From the NCBI RefSeq assembly GCF_000497125.1, contig NC_090600.1, positions 124,001 through 188,000 on the forward strand: 64,000 nt of DNA, written 5' to 3'. The notes under the pieces are model-generated. The model was given only the letters and a program-made list of their open reading frames with translations. It searched no databases and was not told the DNA's origin. The position numbers and the translations under genes were made by a program. The number at the start of each line of letters is the position of its first letter. The stretch's first letter is position 1. Positions 1 through 13,414 of the stretch are shown here, piece after piece. The stretch comes from Spironucleus salmonicida. Taxonomy: Eukaryota.

Positions 1-977
1 ATTTAATTGATAGATAAATCAAGATTCTTATCATAATATGATGGAAACTGAGTCATAGGATAATCCTTAGGTATATTTATAATAACTACTTAAGTAAAAT
101 CTTTATCACATGTATCAAAATAATCTGATTAAATAGGAAAATCATCAATTAACCTAGGATTTAACCAAGCTCGCAAAATAATAAAGGAACATTAAACCTA
201 GTAAGTGAAACTTTCTATATTAAATTCTAATTCATTGCAGTTACGAAGAATTTTAATAGCTTCTAGTAATGTATATTAGCGTAAAAACTCAAAACTCTCA
301 TCATTTTTATCAAAAATCATTGTTTTTTGTAATGGTTATACCTTAAAACTTATTGGAAAAAACTATTACCAATCTATATCCACCTCAGCATTTCTTAATG
401 TTTTTTGTAATAAACTTTTAACTGTTAACTAGTTATTTGATTTTATATGGTTTGCAAACTAAAATTATGTTAGTAATTAGAAATTTATGTCTATTGCTCT
501 AACACAAAATCTTAAATTTACATTCATATCATTTATATTTAATGTAAATAAAAATCCACGTCTTTGTAGTTCATATTTAATATCTATAAATTTTTCATCA
601 ATATAAGCGATATTTTATACCTAAGTCATGAAATTTTCACGAAACTCTTACACAGAATTCTATTTGGCTTATTTTAGCAACTAAATAAATGGAATATTTT
701 ATGTTTCATATAATAATTTATCACATTACGATTTCATTTTTCTTTCAAATAGGCGAATAGCTTCCATTGAAAAATATCCTAATAATTATATGGCAATTTC
801 ATTATTTTATGGAATCATAAAAATATCCTATTTGAAAATACGATTTTATTTTGTTGGACTTTAAAGTGTTGCTGATAGCTACGGAAATTTAATCATTTTA
901 ATATGTGGTAATTTAATCAATTACTTATTTTAATGCACTAAATCTACTGTTTTATTTAATGTATTTTTTTAGGTCAT
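1..977 (-). CDS. hypothetical protein, runs off the left edge (3' end outside window)
   Basis: ATG at 977 (MTQKNTLNKTVDLVHQ...). No TGA in the segments of this frame I translated, down to position 1, with TAA/TAG read as Gln. Divergent from the TTL gene at 1028. Confidence 0.6.
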
Positions 978-1027
978 TACAAATTTTTGTTATAAATTTT
1001 TTATATCTAATAGTATATATTTTTAAA

Positions 1028-3358
1028 ATGAGCATAACACGGATAAAATCATAGGTTAATTTACCTATGATTAAAATAGCTTAGCCTAAGAAAAATTTAC
1101 ATAAATAACCAAAAAGTTGTCGAAGCGAATCTGCATATCCAGTTACATAATTTTCCTCAAATTTTATACCAACTTTTTAAGGATTTCATTATTATCCTCG
1201 TGATACTTCAAAAATAACCTAAAATAAAGATAGAAACCTTTTAGTGACTTAAAAATCCTTTTCTCGTACCTAAAAGCAAAAATTTTAAAATATGCCTGAA
1301 AGTCTAGATTATCGGCAATATGCATAAAATTTTTTTATGATCCCATTAAAAGGATTGAACTTTATTTATCCAAAAGAAGTCTTATTCTTAACAAAGAAAT
1401 TTGAGAGGAAAATAAAAATATCAACCTAATAAATACTTTAACTAAAAGCATTAGAAAATAACTTATATATTTAATTCAAAACAGAAGCTAAAGAAACTTC
1501 TTCATTTTTTACATAATTTTTCAATAAAGTTGTGCCAAATATAGCTATTTTTAATGGAGCCTTTCCAACTTTCCGCGAGGAGTTTGCTAAGCGGGGTTTT
1601 ATAATAAATCCAGATTTAGAATCTGAGTGTTTCAATGTAAAATTCGTAGTTAAAATTGCGGATGCAAAATGGGATAATTTATATCCATTTTAGTATATTA
1701 ACCATATTCAAGGAATGATCTACTTATCTATTAAAGGAATGATTATAGAAACTTTAAAAACAGAGGTTGATATTGAAGCAACGGACTATTTTCCTCTGGC
1801 ATATCGAGTACTTACAGATGCAGGGGGAAAAGGTAGAATTTAACCAGGTAATAATGATGATACGTTAAATTTTTTTGATGATTATATAAATTTGGAGGCA
1901 TGTAAGAAAGTGAAAAGATTTATTGAAATAATTTGCGATTAGTAAATTGTAAAGTAGTAAAAAGAATGGAATGAATATGTTTAAGAAAAAGAGAAAACAA
2001 TCATTTAGGAATATAATGAGGAAAATATTGAAAATAAGCTGGATATAATTAAATATGATTTTTTTAATATAGCTGAAAATTCTGAATAGTAAAAGCAGTT
2101 TTGGATTTCATAAAAATAAATTTTGGAAGCAATGCATATTTTAAGATATTATTTACAAAATCGAATTATTGACAATTTTCCAGTTTAATGTGATATAATT
2201 GATAATATAACTGAAGGGGAAATTATATAATTAATTCCTAATTATCCTTTATAATACCCAATTACGTATACTAAACATGAATACATAGTAACGTCAGGAA
2301 AAGGATTAAAGTATCTAGATAAACTTTCACTCAGTTCATTATAGTTGATATTTTTTGAATGTGAATTTCTATTACAGTAATTTAAAAGAAATTCGAAATA
2401 ATCGATGCTGAACGATTTCAATAATATATGGATCTGCAAGCCAAGCGGTAAGTCACGGGGGAGAGGTATTTTTGCTAGCGATAACCTGCGATAGCTTTTG
2501 ACGTTAGATTGTGACTAATTAGAGGCCCTTCCAGATGAGGATCTAATCGACAAGGATGACAAATATATTATTCAGAAGTACGTTGAACGACCGTTATTGA
2601 TACATGGCTACAAGTTTGATATCCGGTAGTGGGTGTTAGTTTCTTCTGTAAACCCTCTGGTAATATGGTAGTGGACTCGCCCATACTTGCGCTTCTGCTC
2701 AGCAAAATATTCAAATACTGATCTAAATAATCCGTTTATACATCTATCCAATAATTCCGTCCAACGGCATGCAGAGTCATTTGGTGCTAGTATCGATGGC
2801 AACATGTGGCATTTTTCTTAGATGTGTGAGTATCTGGCTGGTATTTACGACTTTACATCACATCCTGAACTATTGACATCTAAATATGATTCTGCAAAAA
2901 AATTCGACTCGCTCGGAGACCGCATTATGTACGACATGGCACGTATCGTCCTGGCAACCATCCATGCAGCCCGCTTCCGGTTTGGAGAGCAAAATGGCTT
3001 TGAAATGTTCGGTTACGATTTTATTTTAGATGCAGATTTACAGGTGTGGTGTCTAGAGGTCAACACTTCCCCTACCATGGAGCACTCGACCGATCTCGTT
3101 ACCGCCCTCATCAAGGACATGACAATGGGTTATGTTTCGATAATTTGTGATGGTTATTGCGGCTTATTGGTTTAAACTAATGATTTTTAAATGTTTCCAA
3201 AAATTTTAAATGGATAAGAACAATTTCCACAAGGATTAAACAGCTGGGTATTAATTTGGAAAGATGATATTAAATAATAAGAAGAATTTTTATTACCTGG
3301 TTTAGAAGTAAAAGGCGAGTAAATCAAGCTTCCAAAAATAGTTCCATGTAAACAGTGA
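1028..3358 (+). CDS. tubulin-tyrosine ligase family (TTLL) protein, ~776 aa, probably TTLL3-like glycylase
   Basis: TTL motifs [51 protein letters not shown]; ends CAG TGA. The subfamily is a guess from the QWVLV..PL.IW context. Confidence 0.9.
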
Positions 3359-3395
3359 TTGTATTATTATCTAATTATATATATTTAATTATTAA

Positions 3396-3854
3396 ATGTC
3401 TTTCGAACTTTTCACACCTGCAAAGCTGAAAAATAAATCAAATTTATCATTATCATTTGAGTAACATTTATTCTAATCCAAAATCATAATGTTTATAGTA
3501 TAAAATCAGCTTTATTAAAAGATATTTTGTTGTGTTTATCTTAGTTCAATGTTATTATCAATATATCAACTATTAAATGATACACCAATGTAAGTGATGA
3601 TATTAATAGCATCAACCATATTATTAGATTGCACTATGGTAATAAATACATATATTAGAATTAACAACTAAGTTATTATTCTAATGTTCTAGATTCTTTG
3701 TTAATTCATTTCTGCAATAATACGTAATTTTATCATTCATTTTTACAATTCCACTATTAATATATTCTATTTTAAAATTGGATCTTATGTTTCTAGGATT
3801 GCCTATCTGTTAATTTTCATAAAATTTATTGTTTGGATTTAGGAAACAAATTGA
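3396..3854 (+). CDS. hypothetical hydrophobic/transmembrane protein, 152 aa
   Basis: ATG to TGA open in the TAA/TAG=Gln code; several hydrophobic segments; fills the gap between neighbours. Confidence 0.55.
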
Positions 3855-3994
3855 CCTTAACAATGAATAATTTATAATTTTAAATATTTTTATTTTATTA
3901 TTAAAAATAATTATATTGATGATCCTTACAATTTATATTTATTATAATAGTTCCAATATATATAATAACAAAGTGTCTTTATATTCCGCTAAAA

Positions 3995-4975
3995 ATGACT
4001 AGTACACTAAATCAACTTCAGTCTTAGTTTTTAGATAAAATTAGCAGAACTAATTTCATAATAAATGATGTTAATCAAACTATTACAGAATAATAAGATA
4101 TAAAAGATGATTGCTTACTGTAAATTTAGAACTAAAAATAGAAAAATAATTAATATATTGACACTTTGCTATTACAAGAATAAAAAGATAATATATTATC
4201 TGTATAAAAGTTAGAAGCATCATAAGACGAGGCAGAGAGGTAACTTACAAATACAGTAGATATTGTAAATTAAAACTTTAATAATAAAACAGACTATATT
4301 CATTACTTAGAATTACAACTGTAAAAACATTTTAGGACTGAATCTGAATTAAGAATGCAGTTAGCATTGAAAAATAAATCTGTGTAAGCATTAGTAAATG
4401 ATTCTATTACGTAGTATGAAGAAAAAATTGATACCTTAGTTATTGATAATGAGTTGCTTAAAAAATAAGTATAACATTTATCTGATTAAGTAAAACATTT
4501 AAGTACTTATAATTAAACTTTAGTAAAGGAAAAATAGGAACTAGGGTTTAGCCTTAAAACAGCTGAGCACCATATAATAACATCATCATAAGTAGTACAA
4601 GATTAATCACAATATTTTAATTAATCTATTGTCTAATAAAAAGATGCAACTGAAAAAGAGTTTGGTATGTTTTCTAAAATATATGTTGAGCTAAAGGAAG
4701 AAAAATAAGGACTTGAAAAATCTTTATCTTCAAAAGATTAAATGATCGATGTTTTAAGTTCCCAATTTAAGAATATGAAGGAGTAGAACTCCGCATATAA
4801 GCAATATAATAAACATTTAGAAAGAGAATTTGAGGAGATTAAGAGTAGCTAAGTTTTAGCCAATTAAGAAATAGAAATCTTGAAATCTGGTAGTGGTAAT
4901 GAAATGATATCAAAAATTAATGCTCTTGAAGCAACAATTGCGGAATTACAAATATCAACATCATAATGTCAATGA
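3995..4975 (+). CDS. coiled-coil hypothetical protein, 326 aa
   Basis: MTSTLNQLQSQFLDK...; E/K/Q/L-rich heptad-like composition; TGA at 4973. Confidence 0.75.
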
Positions 4976-5023
4976 AATTATTTTACATTATAGTATATTA
5001 TACACTATTTATCAATATTAATA

Positions 5024-5602
5024 ATGTAACCACCAAAAATAAATTCGATCCATACTTGGTAGGAATTTTACAGTGAAATAAAGACAAATAAAGATTGGTA
5101 TCTAAAATTACCATAATTGTAAGAATTGATACAATAACTGGCTGAATCTTAAAGTGAAATTCTTGATATTGGATGTGGGTCGTCAAATTTAGCCAATGAG
5201 CTTAATGAATTAGGATATAAGAATGTCACATGTATAGATTACTTAGAATCAGTGATAAATTAAATGCAACCCTAGGTTTCTGGTAGCTAATATATTTTAA
5301 TGGATGCTAAAGATTTATAGTTTCCGAATAATATATTTGATGTTGCAATCACCAAGGGAACATTAGATTTCATGCAAGAAGATATTACGGAAGTATGTTA
5401 AATTATTACGGAAATTCATCGGACTTTGAAGCTAAATGGTGCATGTATAATTGTAAGCTAGATATTACCAGAAATTATACGAAAATCTTTAAATATCGTT
5501 CAGTGGAATCATATTTATGAGAGTAATTTTGAAGTTAATAATGGATGCATTTGTAATGCATAAGCAAGAGCTGAAGTATCGGTTTTCGTGGCTTTTAAGT
5601 GA
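5024..5602 (+). CDS. class I SAM-dependent methyltransferase (EEF1AKMT4/ECE2-N-like), 192 aa
   Basis: DWY, ILDIGCGSS (motif I), VTCIDY, MDAKDL, FDVAITKGTLD. Confidence 0.85.
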
Positions 5603-5746
5603 AATATTCATGTTTTATAATAAAATAAATATATTGGCAAATCAATAAATTTAAATATGAATTATATAATAACATGAAAATATTTTCAATACATACTGTA
5701 AATTGTCCTCAATTTACAATCAATTTCATTCAACCACTTCCCTGTC

Positions 5747-6127
5747 ATGTCAAAGATTTTTGTACAGTACGGTCGTGTCGTTATGGTTGACGCTGGTGAA
5801 TTCAAGAGCAAAGTAGCTATGATCACTGATATCGTTGATTACAAGACTATATAGATTGAAGGTCCCGAGGTTAAGAGACATATCTGCCCTATCAAGAGAG
5901 TAGTCCTCACTGAATTCGTCCACTCTACTGAGACACCCGTCACTTCTGCCGACTGCAAGAAGGCTTTCAATGCTGAAAAATTCGTTGAAAAGTTCGCCGC
6001 AACCCAGAAAGGTAAGGAAGTCGCTTTAGAGAACAAGTATAACGCTCTCTCTGAAGTTGAAAAGATCAAACTTAACATCATGAAGAAACAGCGTGCTAGA
6101 ATGATCGCCAAGGTTGCCTGCAAGTGA
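5747..6127 (+). CDS. RPL14: 60S ribosomal protein L14 (eL14), 126 aa
   Basis: FVQYGRVV...GEFKSKVAMITDIVDYKTIQIEGP..VKRH (KOW-type eL14 N-terminus); codon bias typical of highly expressed genes. Confidence 0.88.
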
Positions 6128-6273
6128 TTTACTAATCTTGAGCAATGAGTTTTACATTTTATTTTTATGATTTTTTCACTTATTAGCTGTACTACGAAAA
6201 ATCCCACTACTTAAATCGCCATATTTTTATTGTATTAGAACCCCCAGACGCACTACAAACCACAAAACCCCAC

Positions 6274-8232
6274 TCACTGAATTAAGCACGCATCCAAATC
6301 CTCGTCGTGCCCCTCCTCGACTCCCTGCTCCTGGCTACAGGCGATCATTCGTTCGATATTTTCCTTTCCTTTGACGGCCCCGTAGCGCACTCTCGCCTCG
6401 ATAAACGTGTTACCCATGTCCTCCTCGCCCTCATGCTTCTGAAGTTCGTCCCAGGCGTTTTCCATCATATTCTAATTGTCTGAGCTGTTGAAAGTGAGCT
6501 CGCTAGCAGCCGAAACTGCATACTTCGTGCTCAGATTCTATCTCTGCTGGCTCAAAACGCTACCATTTTCGCCCTGCATTGTCACTGCCAAAGTGCGGTT
6601 TGCTACCTCATAGCGCTATCTCAATAGCTACGTCCGCTGCTCAATTTTGTTCTACTGGCGCGCCCATCGCGCCTTCCACGCGAGAGAATTGATCTCGAAA
6701 AGACCACCAGCGACTACTAGGTTATCAGAAAACTAGGCAGCCAGGTCGTATATTTCAAGCTTGGAAACTAGCTCAGCGAGGCGTTTGAAAGCTGGAATCT
6801 TCATGCAATAAATATCGAGATTTTGAGAGGTCTGCGTGGCAGTTTTGAGCAGCGATAATGACTGCAGGACCTGCTAATACGTGCAGAGCATTGTGACCGG
6901 GAGCTCAGGATGGGTGAGCTCGGTGAGCGTTAGTTCGTCGCTTTTCTGATCTTTTCTGATCAATTAGTCGATTTCTTGTAAGAAATCTAATTATACACCG
7001 GACTCCTTTTGTTGAGTAAAGACTTGGCAAGCCAATTAAATCATGTTCATAATCGCAAAAATACGACCGCAATAGACGAATTCTGTGAGCTCTGATAGGT
7101 CACCAACGTTATCACCAAGAAAAACAGCAGTGTTCTCAAGTTCGTCCTAATTCGTTTTTTATATAGTTTTACGATCTTCTAGAAGCGCAAATTCGTTTAA
7201 ATGGACATTCCATTTCGTTGGAATTGACTATTTATCCAAAAGGAGTTTAAATAGTTTTGGGATTTGACTAATTTCGAGGTTTGCAAAAGCTAGATTGTCA
7301 TCTTTTTTGTCTTTATTTAAGTTTACATGATCGTCTTGGAGAATCTACAAATATTCGTTTTTATCTGTTGGGATAAAATGGTCCTAAAATTTACCGCCGA
7401 GAAGAACTTCAATACACTCGCTGCATTTTAAAAATTTCTAGAAAACGACATAACTAGCTTTGTAAAGATTAAACTGATTTAAACTATAGCTGAGACGTAA
7501 GAAACAACCATTTAACAGCAATAAGAATCTTAATTACTAAATTTGACTTAAATCAACATATTCTGCATCAGCTTCATAAACTACGTCCTTATCCATCAAT
7601 TAACATATTTATTCACACTTAAAGCTGCCAATTTCTTTACTTATAAATTCAAATAATACATTTCTTGCTTATAATGCAAAGTGAATAACTACAGGAACAA
7701 ATATTTACTTGTCAAGCTCAATCTTTTTAATCTTGGCAATAGCAGCTACTAAAGGATCCTCACGTTCAATGGTTCTTGTGAACTCTGCCGAATCAATTAA
7801 TTAGAGAATATCGATTGATTTCGTTTATTAAAGTTCTGTTAAAATAGCAAATGGCATAACTAATGGGAGCATTTTAACATGAGAGCGGAGTTTATGGTTA
7901 TCTAAAAACAAGTCTGAGACTTCTGATAGGGATTGAAATTTGTCAAAAAGCTAATTTTATAAACCTGCATTATCCGATGTTTCAAGGAGAATTTAAAGGC
8001 GTTGAAGAGTTTTAATGGGTAATGAAAGTGGATTATCAAATGCAAACTCTGGGAGGAAAAGAGGGGCTTCTGGACCAGCTGTAGCAATGATATCCTCAAA
8101 AGTTTGTGGTTAATTTGATCCTAAAGGCTGTGTCATATGAGTAAGGCGGAATAGATCTATGAATGCATTAATTGCACCAGATCTGATGGTTGAAAGACAA
8201 AGTTTCTAAAGATTAGAATAGTTGTCCGCCAT
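6274..8232 (-). CDS. TPR-type protein, TTC29-like (possibly flagellar), 652 aa
   Basis: Start and stop are in one frame (1959 nt). N-terminal LCLSTIRSGAINAFIDLFRL and C-terminal EARVRYGAVKG resemble TTC29 conserved blocks as I recall them; identity moderately uncertain. Confidence 0.6.
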
Positions 8233-9127
8233 TTTTGAAGTGAAAATAATATAAGTGCTAATATAATATTATATATTTGCATTTAGATTTAATTATGAAA
8301 ATTATTCTTTCATCTTATACTTTACTTCACTCTATTGTTGTTGTACTCAAAATTAATAATAATGTTAACAATAGGTTGAAAACAGTATTACTAAGGGAGT
8401 AAGAATACTGGTAAGCCTATTGAATAAGGAATATAATTTAGAAGTTTCTAGTCGACTATAATAATAATTGATAATACAAATAGATATTAAAATATTGGAT
8501 ATATTTTATTAAATTAAGCTAGAGATATCATTAGTAATACAAGCAAAGAAAAAATATAATTACTTCATTAAATATTTAAAACATACTTAGAGTTATTTAT
8601 AGCAAAGGACATAAATATTATATATTGTTAGAATATATTGTATATTAAACTATATTGTATTTACTTATAATGTAACCGAATTGCTATATTTCTAAGATTT
8701 TTGTAAGCTCTTTATTTTATTATGGCTAAAATATTTACTATTACAAGCTATTAGATTAAATAATATATTACATCCTACATTAAATTAACAATCGTTTATT
8801 GAATATAATTTCATATTGTTTCAACTATCTGAACAACAATACTTTTCTTTGCAACATTAACTCATACTAGTATACTACTACAGTTTGATGATTATAATTT
8901 ATCCTGAAATTGTAGATAATCTAGTACCAGTTTAGTATAAAATTATCATGATTGGAATCAGTATAGATACTAAAATACTAAACATAAGCCTTGATCAATA
9001 AAACTTAACAACTAAATCTATAAAATAAAAATACCTACTATTCAACATATCAAATATTAGTCTAACCAGTTAAAACTCTACCTATTTTTTCATATATTTA
9101 GTAGTGCAACCAGTAATCATAAAACGC

Positions 9128-10951
9128 TCACTCCAACCACGCCTCCTTAACGCCGCTAACTACCCTTAAATAAACATCTGATGTCTATACGGCCTCGTTA
9201 TATACCACGAGCTCTGAACCTCTAAAACCACCCCCTGGATGTAGTTTCGCAGTAAGACCTCGAGTGGAATATTATTATGTCCCCTCAACACTCATGGCTA
9301 CGTTCTCGACGAATCCCTTCAGTACGCAGCGCAAAACTACCTCATTTTCATCCTCAACGGAGACGCTGCAAATCGTGAAATTGGCCGTTATGATGGCCAT
9401 GATTTGGTCAAAAACACTACGTGCGAACTACATTGACCGATCACTTACACCATATTTCACGCAGAATTCCTTGCGATTTTTGACCGCTTCCCACTCCTCG
9501 AAGACATTTACTAGCGTTATGTGGTCACCTAGAGCGCTCTCGAAATTCGCTCGAAGCTTCTTCGTCTCGCCAGAAAAAATAGACTCCACAACCTATAATA
9601 CAGCGACCAATTTGACAGTTTTGCGGAGGACGTTTTCATTGTACTACAAACTTGAAATTACGCATACGGCCTGATCTACTGCAAGAGGCAGTTTAGCACA
9701 CTATAAACCTAGCGTGCTGAGCTGGAATGCGCCGATTTCAGGTCCAGTTTCCACAATTCCGAGCTTGAAAAGTCGTGCCAGAGCGCGTTTTTTACTAATT
9801 TGCTGCGGTTATTGCGGTACCTAAAACTCTTAAATTTTGCTAATTCCAGCTGCCAGCAACGTCAAAAACACGTCACTGAGGTCACTGCGCAAAATTTCTG
9901 GAATTTGAGCGTTTTTGAGCTCTGAAAATGACTCAAAAGTGTAGAGATGGAACACCTGGCCAGCAGAAATTCGCCCAGCGCGGCCAGCGCGCTATTGGAG
10001 CTGCGATTTTGCAGCTGGGATTGTTATCAGCCTCGAAAGGCCAGAATTCGGATCGTAAATTTTCTGCCGCACAAGGCCTGAGTCAACGACGAAACTGATG
10101 CAGGGAACGGTGATGGAGGTCTCGGCGACGTTTGTTGCGACGATTACCCGAATTTCTATGTTTTCCGGTTTTGGCGAGAAAATTCGCATCTGCTGCTCTT
10201 GTGGGAGAGACGAAAAAAGCGGAAGAATTTCAATTTTTGGGTCATTTTGCAAGTAAATTTTGAGCGTTGAAACGACAGTTTCAATCTCGCGCTCACCTGG
10301 CATAAATGTCAGAATATCACCTTTTATTTGTTAGCTTTACGACTAAATTATCTGGTAAATTGCAAGCGCGGTAGCCTCGATATAATTTCGTTCTGGTTGC
10401 TCCAAAAATAGATGTCTAATTGGATATGTTCGACCCTGAATATGCAGTATATTCTCGGTTTCAAAGAAATTAGCGAATTCCTAGCAGTTTAGCGTTGCAG
10501 ACATAATAATAATCTTTAGTTTTGCGTTTTGTTGGCCCCATAGCTTAGCGAGGCCTAGCAAAATATCGGTTTGTACAGAGCGTTCGTGAGCTTCATCTAT
10601 TATAAGAAAATCATCTGTCAGAAAAGAACCACGTAACGCTTCCCTGACAACGACACCATCTGTTGCGTATCTAATTTTTGTAGATTTATCCGTTTGATCT
10701 TAAAATCGGACTGAAAACCCAACTTGAGTACCGATTTTTACGTTCATTTCAAATGCTACGCGTTCTGCCAAAGAAATAGCTGCGACACGGCGCGGCTGTG
10801 TGACTGTAATACGTTTTTTAGTGTGAGCGAGCAAAAACTGTGGGAGTTACGTAGACTTTCCAGAACCTGTTGGGGATGATAAAATAGTGAACTATGATCG
10901 TAAAATTGCGTCTACAAGTTGGTGCTAATGTTAGTGTATTGGGAGGCTCAT
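9128..10951 (-). CDS. DEAH-box ATP-dependent RNA helicase (Prp43/Prp22/DHX33 family), 607 aa
   Basis: [51 protein letters not shown]; ends VKEAWLE TGA. Confidence 0.93.
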
Positions 10952-10960
10952 TGTGAAGCG
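10952..10960 (-). promoter_or_regulatory. CGCTTCACA element directly upstream of the helicase ATG
   Basis: The identical 9-mer abuts the IscS ATG (63791-63799); related C-rich tracts precede other genes. Confidence 0.5.
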
Positions 10961-10998
10961 AAATAAGAAAAGTTATTCCTAATATAAATATATAATAA

Positions 10999-11313
10999 TC
11001 ACTTTGGTATATATGTTTCACAAAAAAGACTATATGAATTAACTCTTGGTTTTTGGCGCATGTAGTTTCTACCCTTAGTAGAAGTTGCATTATTAATGCA
11101 AAATTCGTTATTACTGTGTTTGCATGAGCCAAATCCATTTTTGGCCATTTCGTATGCTGGAATCATGATAATATCTTTATTCTCTTTGCTCATTAAGTGT
11201 CCATATTAATTCAACACTGATTACTAATTTGAACTCATTTTCATTGGTTTATGCCCAGATGCACCGTAGGAGTACACCTGCTCTGAGGTTCTAGGGCGAT
11301 CAGAAAGGAACAT
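10999..11313 (-). CDS. small hypothetical protein, 104 aa
   Basis: ATG at 11313 preceded by C-rich CGCACTCCTTAAA; extends the track ORF 10999-11193; ends AAG TGA. Confidence 0.65.
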
Positions 11314-11670
11314 TTTAAGGAGTGCGAATGCGGGTAATTATGCTAAATGAAAAAACTCATGAATATTATATTATAATGTATAATATTTTTAAACCCCAAT
11401 TTTTAAGTAAATGGAGGTTAGTAATTATAGGAGATGATAATTCGGCATAGAGAATACAATGGTAAAATTCGTTAAAAAAGTTATGTAATTAATTTTTTTA
11501 GTATTTCTAGCTTGTTATCAAAGAATTTTGCATACAAATATTATAATAAAAATATTTTACCTATTTTCTATATGAGTGGTTGCTACAAAATAAATTAATT
11601 TTTGTTATTAAGATTTAACATTCAGGATAAGCATATTCTAAAATAAATATAAGTAAACAACAAGTAATGG

Positions 11671-12501
11671 TCATTTCTTACCTTTTTTGATAAAATACTA
11701 AGCTAGACCCACACCAACTCTGCCAGTTTAAATCAATAGTATATAATGACACCTACAATCCTATTATCAGCAGAGACTACTGGTTCTGAGGTGGGATAGC
11801 ATATGTCACCTTTTTTGTATCCAACGACACAGTCACTACACAGAGGATAACTATCCTTTACGATCTCTGAAAGGTATAATTTACAGAAATTATAAGAATC
11901 TTCCCACAGTTAACTATTTTCAGAACCATTGCAATAGAAAATAGAGATTGCTTCGTACTTGTAATACTTATCAGCAACACTATTTTAGATTTTGTTATCC
12001 ATATTACTTCCATTGTGGTGACACAACTTTTAGACTTACAGTTAATACAAAAAGTAGCGAATGTGCACAAATCGCAGGTAGCATCGTAGGCTACACATTC
12101 CTTCGCAGAAGGATCACATACGTTTTTGTTTCATCTTAGCTCCCCCTGTAGATCGTGCATGCATTAACGACCGCGTTATCAAAAGTTTTGCAGCCTAGTC
12201 GAAAGCCCAGCCATATTTGCATTTTGTGCATGTTTCTCTACCAGTACATTCCCACAATCTTGCACGTAAAATTTGCAAAGTTACACGATTACAAATACAC
12301 CTGCAATGTATTTAACCATGATATATCTGCGCATTAAGTACAATATAGCACAGGAGTTCCGGTCACGCAGGCGTATCCAGATCCCATTCTGACGTAGTCA
12401 GTTTAAGGTTTATATTATACTGAGCATATCCCAATTACTAGACAAAAATTATTTGTGTCATAGTTTTTAATTGAAATAGTAAAGGTGCTGCTTTAAGTCA
12501 T
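11671..12501 (-). pseudogene. degenerate cysteine-rich membrane protein (CRMP) pseudogene
   Basis: CxxC pieces lie in different frames (YCTQCAD; ECTGRETCTKCKYG; CDPSAKEC..CDLCTFATFCINC), followed by a broken TM segment and the basic tail YFIKKGKK TGA. Confidence 0.75.
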
Positions 12502-13414
12502 TTTGAAAATCGACATATAATTTTAATAAAAAGTTTAAACATATATCCTTTTTTGTACCATAGAATTATAATTGAATATATAGAGTTTATTTTTTAATTA
12601 TGATAGACTCATCAATTTTAGGTTATTTCTGATAGTACTCGAAATATTAGGAAAATGTTTATAAAATAATCTTATATTATTTGTATATAATTGATATATA
12701 TGTAAAAATTCCTTTAAGTATATTGCTTTAAACAGTTTTCTTCAATTTATTCATTAATAGTCAATGAAGGCCTATGACTAAAACACAAGTATACTGTTGT
12801 GCTCTACTTGTTGTATATAGATAAATTTCAGTTATTCTTCTTACTTATCAGCAATAAATTTGTAGAAGTATAAATATTGCCAACTATATCTTCAATGTTT
12901 ACTAAATAAATTGAATAATGATTGTATGATAACTGTTTACATAAACATATGAATACATGAAATGTTAATGAAAAAATACTTCTATTTATTTTTCATTATA
13001 ACTAATATATTTGGTTTAAAACTCTAAGAAACTAAAATTGACATCTCAGTGGCAAACTATAATCAGTTATGTGATTTATTAATGTTATTTTCATTTTATG
13101 ACCAATTACTTTTCGTGTATTAAGTAGTTAAGATAAATTTAATAGTTATTATATAATTAAAAAATATATTAGATATAAATATTAATAAATTTAGTATATT
13201 TCTATTATTTTTATAAAACAATAAACTTTATATTCATAATCTTATTACTAACTCCAAACAGTAATTTTTAAATATGAAGTATTCATTATGTATTATATTT
13301 ATATGAATTTCAGTATAAAATCAGGTAAATTAAATTCTGCGTGCTTTTAATTTCTTGATTTTTTTAAGTTTCATTTAATAAATATGTACATTATTTTATA
13401 AGTTTAGTAATGAA

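Noticed and set aside
38-208. Plus-strand ORF ending AAG TGA
   Set aside because: Lies antisense within a longer minus-strand frame (1-977).
8233-9127. Possible gene between the TTC29-like gene and the helicase
   Set aside because: No convincing ATG-to-TGA frame or motif found by eye; left unannotated, as were 23307-24324 and 31813-33042.
11095-11165. YEMAKNGFGSCK resembling a PARP-type zinc finger start
   Set aside because: The remaining Zn ligands and conserved spacing are not recognisable.
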